From NCBI GenBank assembly GCA_025558095.1, contig JAIVFI010000009.1:186001-250000 (forward strand): DNA of 64,000 nt, read 5' to 3'. Under the pieces are notes generated by a model. It made no database searches and was not told the DNA's origin. It worked only from the letters and a program-made list of their open reading frames with translations. This document shows positions 23,430 through 33,358 of the stretch, in pieces; position 1 is the first letter of the stretch; every line of letters begins with the position of its first letter. Both the position numbers and the translations under genes were made by a program. This stretch comes from Hyaloraphidium curvatum SAG 235-1 (taxonomy: Eukaryota > Fungi > Monoblepharomycota).

Positions 23430-24330
23430 TTAGAACTCGGAGGCCGGGAGGCCCCTTACGAACCGGAGGAGGTTGCGCGCGGTCGGACGCATACCGGCGT
23501 CGAGAAAGCATACGGCTGCGATCTGGCGGATCGCGCGGGGCGCTCCGAACGGAAGGAGAGGCTTGTTGCCGGCCAAGATGAAGCCCTCGAATATGTCGCG
23601 GTCCTGCCCAGCAGCGATTCAGTGATCAGGTTCGCTCTGAGCCCCAGACGTGGAGCAAAACTTGCAGAGAATCCAGCAGGCTCGAGACCGGCCATTTCGA
23701 GGATCGTAATACCGAACGCGAATATGTCGGCCGACGGGTGCGCCGCCGCGCCAACGAGGACTTCCTTTGGGCGGTACCCTTTCGTGCCGCCGAGCAGACG
23801 CTGGCCGATCCGCTGGGCGAAGCCGAGATCGCAAATGACAGGGGTCCCCTGCAAGTCCAACAGGATGTTATCGGGCTTGATGTCGCAGTGTCCAAAGCCG
23901 GCGGCGTGCAGCGCGATGAGGCCGCGGAGGACGCCGACGATCAAGGCTTTGAGGTCGGCTCCTCGAATAGGGCCCGACCCGAGGCGCTTGGCGGCCGAGC
24001 CCTGCATGAAAGGCAGAGCAATAATGGCTTTAGCATCGTCGAAGGACATCACATTGATCACTGGTTCGGGTATTAGCGAGGTTCTCTGTCTGCCGCCGGT
24101 TTGGGCTCGCTCACAATTGCGTTGCCGTCCGACCGTAGCAAGCACCGTAAGGAGTGTGTCACGCTCCCTAATGAAGGTGCTGTAGTTGTGGAAGCACTTC
24201 AGCGCGACGTGAAGGCCCAGCGCAGGGAAACCGTGGTCGAAGGCCACGACGGCGCTCCACGCCTCCGCCTGGCCGCCGGTTCCGAGGCGAAGGCCTCGCA
24301 GCATGATGGTGAAAGCGGAAAAGACCATGT
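23430..24330 (-). CDS. Small Ser/Thr protein kinase, paralogue of 11429-12304; start uncertain; second intron GC-AG
   Basis: GTGGQA, VALK, HCDIKPDN, DLG, GTKGYRPKE, C-terminus RPTARNLLRFVRGLPASEF*; same two intron positions as the paralogue. Confidence 0.85.
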
Positions 24331-24681
24331 CGGCGAGCTGCGGACGTTCTGGCGATGGAGAAGGCAACGGGGAAGGAGTTTGCTTCCCAGCCAGGTGCCT
24401 GTGCCTGGATCTGTCCCGGCGGACACATCCGAGGCTGGTGCGACATCATCGTGACCACGGTCCCAATCGGTCGCCACACCCACAACCATCTCGACCAAAG
24501 CGAGAAGACCAAGGCCTTGCGCTCACGGTCGATCCCTGTCCCGATGGTTCCGCAAGTCTTCGCCAACCACGCATCTTCAGAAGCCATTGCACAGAATGTT
24601 GGAAGTCTACGCTCCGAAGAAAGAGCCTCCAACTCGGCGCTCTGAGCGCCCGATCCTCATGGGCGGCACCCCGTCCGCCCC

Positions 24682-25911
24682 TCACCCGCCCTTCGCCGGC
24701 GCCGGCCCGAGCGCCTTTTCCACCGCCGCTTTGTAGTCGTACCCGTGCATGGCCCCCACCGGCGGCGCCCCCAACACCCTGATCGCCGCCGCCATCGCCG
24801 CGTCCCTGACCGCGCACGCGATCGGGTTCCTGAGCGAGTTTATCTCGCCCATCTGCCTCGCGGACCTCACGATCTGCGCCGTCCGGGCCCTCCGCAGCCG
24901 CTCGTAGACCTCGAACGCCCCCGCCGGATCCCGTGGCATCCTCCGGAGCAGCTCCGAGAGCACCCCCGCGTCCTCGAGCGCCATGTTGGCGCCCTGCCCC
25001 AGGTGCGGCGAGGTCGGATGCGCCGCGTCGCCGACGAGGGTGACCTTGCCCCTGCCCCACCGTGGGAGCGGCGGGCGGTCCCACACCGCGAACCGGATGA
25101 TCCGGAACGAGGATGCGACGAGGTCCACGACGTCGGCCGGGAACCCCTGCTTCGCGAACCATTCCGCGTTCTCGCTCGCGCTCGAGTAATCCGCGTTCCA
25201 CGTCTCGGTCGCCCGTTCCTGCCCCGCCTTCTCCCCGACGAACCACTGCAGCTCCCCCTTCCCCACGCCGTAGATCCCCGCGAACATGCCCTTCCCTTGA
25301 TAGCCCTTCATCGTGTCCCCGTCCGGCCCCCTTGCGATCCCGAGGGTCGCCAGCACGCCGGTGTAGCTCGCGGGCTGCTTGCCCCAGAGCACCTCGCGGA
25401 CCTTGGAATGCAGCCCGTCGCAGCCTATCAGCGCGTCGCCTTCGACCTCGGTGCCGTCCGCGAACCGCGCCACGACGGGCTTCGAGGGGTCCGAAGGGTC
25501 GTGCCCGATCCCGGCGAGCGGCATGCCCGCGTGCACGGGGACCCCGTCGGCCTTCGCCGCGCCGAGGAAAACATCGAGCATCCTCGTGCGCCGGATGCCC
25601 AGCGGGCGGAGGCCCCCCTGCTCCCGCGCCCACGCGTCCCCGTCGAACCCCGCGATCCCGCCCCCGTCGATCCTCATCATCCTGAACCTGCGCGTGACGT
25701 CCCCGGCCTCCGCGATCGCCGGCAACAGGCCGAGGTCCCGGACCAGCCGCAGCCCGTTCGGCGCGAGGTTCAGCCCGCCGCCCACGTCAGCCCAGGAGGC
25801 CACGGCGTCGAAGAGCACCGGCGCGTGGCCGGCCCGCTTGAGGGCCGAGGCGAGCACGGGGCCGACGGTGCCGGCGCCCACGATGAGCACGCGGAGGGGC
25901 GGGAAGGCCAT
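24682..25911 (-). CDS. FAD-dependent monooxygenase (aromatic hydroxylase class A), intronless
   Basis: VLIVGAGTVG, LIGCDGLHS, VTLVGDAAHPTSPHLGQGANMALEDA. Confidence 0.95.
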   Translation of the reverse strand: MAFPPLRVLIVGAGTVGPVLASALKRAGHAPVLFDAVASWADVGGGLNLAPNGLRLVRDLGLLPAIAEAGDVTRRFRMMRIDGGGIAGFDGDAWAREQGGLRPLGIRRTRMLDVFLGAAKADGVPVHAGMPLAGIGHDPSDPSKPVVARFADGTEVEGDALIGCDGLHSKVREVLWGKQPASYTGVLATLGIARGPDGDTMKGYQGKGMFAGIYGVGKGELQWFVGEKAGQERATETWNADYSSASENAEWFAKQGFPADVVDLVASSFRIIRFAVWDRPPLPRWGRGKVTLVGDAAHPTSPHLGQGANMALEDAGVLSELLRRMPRDPAGAFEVYERLRRARTAQIVRSARQMGEINSLRNPIACAVRDAAMAAAIRVLGAPPVGAMHGYDYKAAVEKALGPAPAKGG

Positions 25912-26247
25912 TGGGTGGGCGAGGGGTGCGGAGGTGCGGAGGTGGCGTCGGCGCGGCGGGGATTTTCCACGGCCGAGCCATTGGGATCCGACACGAGCAG
26001 GCACGCGACCGGGCATCGCAGACGGACGGAACGAGGCCGACCGCATCCGACCCCGGTCCCGCATCTGGCCGGCTCCCGGGGCACGTCGGCACCTCCCGCA
26101 AAGCACCTCGGAAACCGTCGCATGGCAGACAGGAGCCGTACACGAAACAGACCGCAACCGGGCGCTCCGAACGAAGCGGATGAAACCCATCCCACCCCCC
26201 TCCCCCCCTCCATCCTCAAGCTCCCCTCGTCCTCCTCCCGAACGCGT

Positions 26248-27503
26248 TCACCGCATCTTCCGCAGCGCCCCCGACGACGTCCCCGCCCCCCTCGCGCGCT
26301 TGTCCCTCTCCCCCTGCGCGGCGGTGATCTGCGCGTCGGCGGCGGTGCGCTGCACGCGGGGGTCAGCACGAGCAGCGCGGGAAGCAAGCGCGGGGGTAAA
26401 GGGCACCTTGGGGCTCGTGTTGGGCGCCTTGGCCGGCGGCTCGGTGCGCGAGCGGCGCGGAGGGGCGGCGGCGGCGGCGGTGGATGCGGATGCGCGGCGT
26501 GGGGGCGCGGACTGCGGAAGCAATGCGGGAGTGGGGGTCAGCGTGCCGCCCCGTCCCACCGCGCGCACGGAAAACCCACGGTCAACGGAGCGGAGGAGGG
26601 GTCGCCTGAAGCGAAGCCGAGCGCCGCCGCCGCCCCCGCCGCCTGCCTCGCGTAGTACGCCTCCGTCACGTCCGCGAGCACGGGGACCCTCTCGAGCGGC
26701 GCGCCCTTCTTTGCGCGGGCAAAGCCGGAGGGTGGGTCGTTGAGGAACCGGCGGCCGTCCCAATTTTCCTTGTCGACGAGGGCGCGTGGGGGGGCGGTGG
26801 ATGAGCGCTGGGGAAGGGGGCGGGCGGGGGGAGGGAGGGAGGTGGATGCGTGGGGGGGAGAGGGGTGGGGAGGGTGGGGGAGGGGGGCGAGTGAGGGGAA
26901 GCGGGCGCGTCGACGGACGCGGGTGCGGGAGAAGGCGCGTCGACGGACGCGAGGGGAGCGGGAAGAGCGTCAGGCGCATCTACGGATGCGGGGGTTGCAG
27001 CTGCGGGGGCGTTGGGCTCCGATTCGGGGTCCTGTGCGGCCTCGTGTACGCCATCTGCCGGCGGCTCGGGCGGTCGGTCCGCGGCGGGCGACTCGGCAAC
27101 CTCGGATCCCGGGGCCGCCGGCCCGGTCTCCGGTCCGTTCGTGGGAGATTCGGCGTCGGCGGGAGCGTTTCCGGCGTCTGGCTGGGATTCGGGGTGCGAG
27201 TCCGGGAGCGCTGAGGTGGCGGTTGGCGCGGATGCGGGCGCGGATCCGGTGCTGTTTTCGCCCTCTGCGGGGCCCGGGACCGGCGGCAGCGTGTCCTGGG
27301 CGATGGTGGCCGGCTGCTCGGGCGCGGCGGCAGGCGCCTCCGGGAGCGCGGCGGCGGCGGCAGGGGCGGCGGGCGGCGGCCCCTCCGCGATGGGCTCCAC
27401 GGCGGCAGCGCCGGGCAGCGCGGCCTGCAGCGCCCCGCCTGCCCCGCCATCCACCGGGCTCGCGGGCGCCGGCTGCCCGGCGGGCTGCGGTCCGCCCTCC
27501 ATA
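26248..27503 (-). CDS. Low-complexity Pro/Ala/Glu-rich protein with ASVDAP repeats; frame broken in G-rich tract ~26790-26900
   Basis: MEGGPQPAGQ...; repeats ASVDAP x3; later frame FLNDPPSGFARAKKGAPLERVPVLADVTEAYYARQ; intron ~26513-26579. Confidence 0.45.
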
Positions 27504-27978
27504 CTGCGCGGGCGGTGCGCGGGGGTCGACTCGGCGGGCTGTTGTGCGCGCGCGGGCCGGCGCACTCGGGGCGGGGCGCGGTGCTGCGCCGCGGGGCTGC
27601 GGGCGAGGCGGTGGGGAGCGCGGGCGCGGGAGGCCGGGAAGCGGGGTGCGGTGGTTGCGCCGTGATTCGGGGGTGAGGCGAGGTTCGTGAACCGCTGGCG
27701 CGCCCTCGATGCAGGAAATCCCTCGCTCCACGGAAGCGTCCCAAACCCCGCGCGGGCGCGAAAACATCAAGGCAGATCCTCCGGCTGCTCGATCCGCCGG
27801 AAGGAGCCTCCCAACTCCCTGGAAGGGACAAAGCCACGGACAGACTCCTCAACGTGCAACCCAGGCTCGACACCGAGCATGTGTTCCGCATCGCAAAGAC
27901 AATCCGGGGCAATCCTCCCCGCACCGTGCACCGTTCCCCCGGCCAACCACGGCCACCCAGCAGACGGAGACCCATCCG

Positions 27979-28720
27979 TCACACCGGCACCTGGCATCCG
28001 GCGGATCAGCCCCCGCCTCCCACGGACCGGCCCAGGGCGGCGCACCCACCGTCGTGTACCCCACCCTCCCCGTGGCAGTGAACGTGTACGCCGTCGGATC
28101 CACCGGCTGGTCGCCCGCCGCGTTGGTCGCCAGCACCGTGAACGTGGCCGTGGGCGTCGCCGCCCCGGTGACCGTCGCGGAATAGGTGACGTAGGCCACG
28201 AGCGTCGTCGTGGACCCCGCAGGCACCACCCCCGACGGCGTGGGCGTGTCGAGCTTCCACAACGCCGGGGGGAACGCGCGCCGGAGCAGCTGCGCCTGGC
28301 CCGAGCCGGCGACCTTGGTGATGGTCATGGGCGCGTTGCCGGCGTTGGACACCGTCAGCGTCGTCGTGGCGGCCTTGCCGGTGGTCGACGTGGAGATGCC
28401 GCCGCCGTTCTTGACGTCGAGCATGGTCAGGATGGCCTGGCCCGGGGCGTACCGGCGGTAGAGGTGCTGCGCCTGGGAGTAGCGCACGCACGCGACGTGG
28501 CCCTCGGGTGCGCCGGGGTAGGCGAACTCGCTGCGTTCGGCGCGGTCAGAAGGCGCGGCGGCGGCGGGGGTCGGGCGCACCAGAACTCGGCCTTTCCGCA
28601 CTCGCCGCAGGACCGCTTGAAGACCGGCGACGCGGGGCCCTCGGGCGCCGCGGCGGCGCCGGCGGCGAGTAGCAGCGCGCCGAGAAGGGAAATAAGCAGC
28701 GCGAGCGCCGAGCGCGGCAT
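27979..28720 (-). CDS. Secreted protein: 4-Cys N-terminal module + Ig-like beta-sandwich; introns 28531-28580 and ~27991-28049
   Basis: Signal peptide MPRSALALLISLLGALLLAAGAAA; FKR-SCGECGKAEFCEFAYPGAPEGHVACVRY...LYRR; TLTVSNAGNAPMTI...VPAGSTTTL Ig-like pattern; last exon VPV*. Confidence 0.75.
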
Positions 28721-29373
28721 GGTTTGCGCTGTTCGGGCAGGCAGTTGGCAGTGTTTGGTTTGGAACCGCAGGATGACTCGTCGTCCAGGGACATTTGGTC
28801 GGACCTTGATCCCGCTTTCCAAACGCGGAACCGCGGTCTGCGATGCATGCCCTCGCCTCGGCGCGGGTCGGAGCGAGATTCACGGTGGCCAAGGTGCCGC
28901 CGCGCCGCGCATCGGCCGGCAACCTGCGCGGGCGCGGCCGGGGGGATTTTCGGAAGGATGGGATGTGGACGTCATTTCGAGGGCTCGCGGGGGTCGACGT
29001 TGCCCTTGCCAGACCCGGAAGTCCCCGCTCCGATGCATCGACCTGCCGACAATTTGGAGGCGAGCGGGCCCGCGTTCGCGGTTGTTTGCGTCCCGGGGGT
29101 CGCAGGGTGCGCCGTCCGGCCGGCCTCCGGACCGTCCGACGGAATTCCGGTCCCCCACACTCGCGATAGCCCGTTCCGCCTTCCTCCCGTTCTCGAGCCC
29201 CTTGTTCCGGGCCACGTTACGAAACACATGCACTCCTTTTTGCGTCCCCATCCACCCAGCTAACGCGCAAGGCGCGCTTCAGGGGGCGAATCCACCACCA
29301 ACGATCCGTGCCACACACGGAGGGTCCACCGGGCAGCACCCCGGAAGAACGGCACAAAGTGGCCTCGGCGGCA

Positions 29374-29650
29374 TCAGGGAGGCGGGACGGGCTGCCATGT
29401 TTGCGCCGTCAGCCCCGCGCGGGAACGCGGCCAGCATCGTTCCACCCACCGTGTACCCCACCCTCCCCGTCGCGGTGAACGTGTACGCCGTCGGAGTGAC
29501 CGGCGCATCTCCCGCCGCGTTCGTGGCTAGCACCGTGAAGGTGGCGGTGGGGGTCCCCGACCCTGTCGTCGTGGCGGAGTAGCTGACGAAAGCTACCAGG
29601 TCGGCCGTGGACCCCGCCGGGATGACCGAGGGAGTGGTGGTGACGATCTT
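29374..29650 (-). pseudogene. 5'-truncated duplicate of the 3' half of 27979-28720
   Basis: IPAGSTADLVAFVSYSATTTGSGTPTATFTVLATNAAGDAPVTPTAYTFTATGRVGYT, near-identical to the neighbour, same last intron, terminal exon PVPPP*. Confidence 0.8.
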
Positions 29651-29734
29651 CCGTAGCTTTGGAGCTAACCAACACGCGTCCGCGCATTTCACGTCAGATG
29701 CCGGTGGAATGCGCTGGCGACGGGGATCCCTAGC

Positions 29735-30007
29735 CCAGCTACTACGAGGCCGTGAAGCACGAAGGCCAGCTGGGCCCCTGCTACGAGACGGTCCTCAAAG
29801 CATACAACAAAGTTCATACGCTGCAGCGGCAGTCTCTCGGGCGTGTGCTTCGTCTGCTCCAGGACTTTTCCCATGGACGAGGTGCAGAGATGCTCACGCT
29901 GCAAAACCGGGAAGTACTGCGGCCAGGAGTGCCAGAAGAAGGCCTGGCCGACGCACAAGAAAATGTGTTTCCCCTGGCAGAAGCCTTCCGCGCTCGGCTC
30001 TTCCTAG
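29735..30007 (+). pseudogene. MYND zinc-finger gene remnant
   Basis: From 29843: VCFVCSRTFPMDEVQRCSRCKTGKYCGQECQKKAWPTHKKMC, a complete MYND pattern; upstream frameshift and stop, no start. Confidence 0.75.
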
Positions 30008-30283
30008 ACTTCGATTGAGCACCCACTTGTACTCTTCAACTTACGGCTTTTGGCCAAAGAGATACGTTTTGTGCACTGATCTGTACTCTCTCGCTCATTT
30101 GCTCTTCCGCCGACCGCGGCTTTTTGTTCTTTGTCATTGGAGTTCTGGATGCAGCCAGGGGAACTGGGCGAGTGGCACAGCCAGACTGCGGAATCTCGAA
30201 ACTCCGCGTGCCTCCCAAGCAGTGCAGCGGACCTCGAGCGCCGGGAGACGCGGGCAGCACGTGTCATTGCCCGCGAGCTGCCG

Positions 30284-31684
30284 ATGCTGCGCGCGTTTCG
30301 CCCGGCCATGAAGCCCGTCGCCGAGATTTCCGCCGACCTCTGCCGCCTCATCGGGCTGCCCGACCCCGCGCCGCTCGCCGTCGCCGGGCACGAACCCGTC
30401 CATCCCTCGTCGTTCCGCGTCGATGCCGCCGCCGCCGCGTCGATCGGTGCGGCGGCAGCCGCCGCCGAGGCCGTCTGGAGACACCGCACCAGGGAGCGCC
30501 GCGCCGTGTCGGTCGATCTGCGGCACGCCGCCGCCGAGTTCCGCAGCGAGCGGCTGATCACGCTCGCCGGCAAGCCGCCGCCCGACCCGTGGGACCCTCT
30601 CGCGGGCGCGTACCGCACGGCGGACGGCTGGGTGCGCGTGCACACCAACTTCCCGCACCACCGCGCCGGCATACTCCGCCTGCTTGACCTGCCGGACACC
30701 GCAAAGAGGGACGACGTGGCGGCCGCTTTGCTCGCTCGCAAGGCGGAAGAGTTCGAAACTGCAGCGGCCGACGCCGGGATGTGCGTCGCCGCCTACCGGA
30801 CCCACGAGCAGTGGCTCTCCGCGCCGCAATCCCAAGCCCAGCACGCCCAAACCCCGATCCTCATTACCCCGATCGCACCTTCACCTCCGCTCCCCTTCTC
30901 TGCCAACCCCACGCGCCCCCTCTCCGGCCTGCGCGTCCTGGACCTCACCCGTATCATCGCCGGACCCGTCGCCGCCCGCACTCTCGCAGCCCACGGCGCC
31001 TCGGTGCTCTCTGTCACCTCCCCGCACCTCCCAAACATACCCTCGCTCCTTCCCGACACCAACCGCGGCAAACGTGCCTGCCACATCGACCTCGAGACCC
31101 CCGAGGACACCGAGAAGCTAAAGGACCTGGTCCGCGAGGCGGACGTCTTTCTTCAGTCGTACCGCCCTGGCTCCCTCTCCTCGCGCGGCTTCTCCCCAGA
31201 GTCGCTGGCCGCCCTCAAGCCTGGCATCGTCGTCGCGCAGCTCTCCGCCTACGCCCCCGGCGGACCGTGGGAGCACCGCCGCGGGTTCGATTCTCTTGTT
31301 CAGACCGCGACGGGGATCAACGCCGACGAGGCTGCGGCGTTCGGCTCCGACGCGCCGAGGCCGCTGCCGTGCCAGGCGCTGGACCACGGCGCGGGGCAGC
31401 TGCTCGCGCTCGGAATCGCCGCGGCGAAGCTGCGGCAGGCAACGGAGGGGGGCAGCTGGCTGGTGCGGGTGTCCCTGCAGGGCACGGCTGAGTGGCTGAA
31501 GTCGCTGGGGAGGATCGAAGGGATGAGGTTGGAGCTGCCGGGGTTCGGGGACCTGATGGAGGGCGGCGGAAGGCACGGCGGGGAGGAGATCGCGGGGGTG
31601 AGGCACGCGGGTGTCGTGGAGGGGATGGATGCTTCGCTGGGGGATGCGGGGGTGCCGGGGGAGCAGGCAGCGGAGTGGTGGTGA
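30284..31684 (+). CDS. CoA-transferase family III (CaiB/BaiF), intronless
   Basis: YRTADGWVRVH, PLSGLRVLDLTRIIAGP, NRGKR, ADVFLQSYRPG, RRGFDSLVQTATG, ALDHGAG; start 30284 or 30308. Confidence 0.92.
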   Translation: MLRAFRPAMKPVAEISADLCRLIGLPDPAPLAVAGHEPVHPSSFRVDAAAAASIGAAAAAAEAVWRHRTRERRAVSVDLRHAAAEFRSERLITLAGKPPPDPWDPLAGAYRTADGWVRVHTNFPHHRAGILRLLDLPDTAKRDDVAAALLARKAEEFETAAADAGMCVAAYRTHEQWLSAPQSQAQHAQTPILITPIAPSPPLPFSANPTRPLSGLRVLDLTRIIAGPVAARTLAAHGASVLSVTSPHLPNIPSLLPDTNRGKRACHIDLETPEDTEKLKDLVREADVFLQSYRPGSLSSRGFSPESLAALKPGIVVAQLSAYAPGGPWEHRRGFDSLVQTATGINADEAAAFGSDAPRPLPCQALDHGAGQLLALGIAAAKLRQATEGGSWLVRVSLQGTAEWLKSLGRIEGMRLELPGFGDLMEGGGRHGGEEIAGVRHAGVVEGMDASLGDAGVPGEQAAEWW

Positions 31685-32124
31685 AGTGGTTGCGTCGCAT
31701 TAGGCGAGGACATAAAAGTGCGCATGAAGTTTACAGTGCCAAATGGCGGAATTGCCCCCTTCACGACATCGAGGACCTTAACCAGCATGTCCAGCGGCGT
31801 ACTCGGCCCCTGTTTTGAGGCCCCTGCGGCGTGGTGCGCTTTGAGGGATGGGAATCCCATCGCCGCGGCATTGGTACCGTGTGCGTCGCAACCCAACTCT
31901 CACCGTTCGACAGTGCTTGGCAATCGATTGTGTGGCAGAGGCACCGACGGCGTTTCCATGGTGCACTTATGCATTGGCGACCGCCGCGTCTGCGTCGGGG
32001 AGATTTCGAGCATGCATCAGCCGCCGCCGCTTGAGTCAGAGCCCCGCCCGACCGCCCGAGCTCAGGGACAAGGACACAGGTCCACCAAAAAACCCGAAGT
32101 CCGCGACCGAACAGTGCCGCCACG

Positions 32125-33068
32125 ATGAAGCTCCTCGCGCTCTTTCTGCTTGCCGCGGCTACCGCCGCCGCGGCGCCCAGTGCTTCCGCCGCGCCGTCGG
32201 TTCCCGCACATTCACCCCGCGCCATGCCGCACCCTGACGTCCACCGTCGTCCAGGGCCGCCAACACCGCCGTAGTATACCGCCGCAGCTGCAGCGAGTGC
32301 GCCGACGACGCCGGCACGTACTGGTGGGCGTCCCCGGCCCGGCGCTGGGCAGGATCACCGGCTGACTCACGGCCGCAGCGAGTACAACTACCCCGGTTCG
32401 CCCGAGGGTGCCGTCGCCTGCATCAGATATGGCGCCGCGTCAGCCCGTGCGCTGTACAGGCGCTACGAGCCCGCCGTGTGCCCCCAGGATACCTACGTGC
32501 GGGCCAACTTCGTCGGAACTTATTGGGCCGCGGTGGACGGAGAAAGCTACTCCGGAGCTGGATCCGCTGCGGTGGTTTTCACCACCGGGCCTTCGATCGA
32601 CCCGTGCAGTAAGGTGTGGCGATGGAGGCCTGACATGGCTCTCGGGGCTGACTGATCCGGCGATAGATCACCCTCTTCGTCGCGACGTACCAAAACACGG
32701 GAACCGTCGGCTCCTCCGTGACCTTCGACCTCGATCTCCGCGGCGTCTCTGGGGGCCTACCCTCGTCCGCGCTGCTCGCCTCCGACTCGGTCTCCTTCAC
32801 CTCCAAAGCGCTCGAGCATCTGCTGGTCACCAAGGACAAGATCCCGAACATCGCGGGCTTCGCGATCTCGCCCTCCACACGGTACTCTCTCGTGATGTAC
32901 AACCTCAAGGTCGGCGGATCGCCGAGCACGGAGGTCTCGGTGCTCCGCAACGACACGGCGGACCCTGCGGGGCACACCCTGCTCACTCAGGGGTACAACA
33001 CCGTCTCGTACGTCAAGGACGGTGCAATCTATCCGGGCTCCATCGCCCTCTCTTTCGGCAACTATTGA
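32125..33068 (+). CDS. Secreted protein: 4-Cys N-terminal module + unrelated beta-rich domain; introns 32196-32254, 32324-32378, 32614-32666
   Basis: Signal peptide MKLLALFLLAAATAAAA; YRR-SCSECADDAGTYCEYNYPGSPEGAVACIRY...LYRR; all three introns GT-AG and phase-compatible. Confidence 0.75.
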
Positions 33069-33358
33069 TTTGTTGGAAGCGTTGGGATAACGGCGCCGTA
33101 ACGTGGAAAGTGTTTCTATTTCAATGGCGTCGTTCGCTGCTTCACGACTTTCTTCAAGCTCCATCCTCCTCTTTTTCGTTTATCGACTGCTTGGATTCTC
33201 CGTCGGGGCGAAGCTAGAATATTGTATGGCACAAGGCTCGTTTTCCAATAAGGCAACTATCCCCCGATCGCCATTGTTGATACTCCCAAGCCCACGACGT
33301 GCTTTCCTCCACTAAAATGATGCGGGACAACCTTATTTAATGAGTCTTGCTTTCGAAG

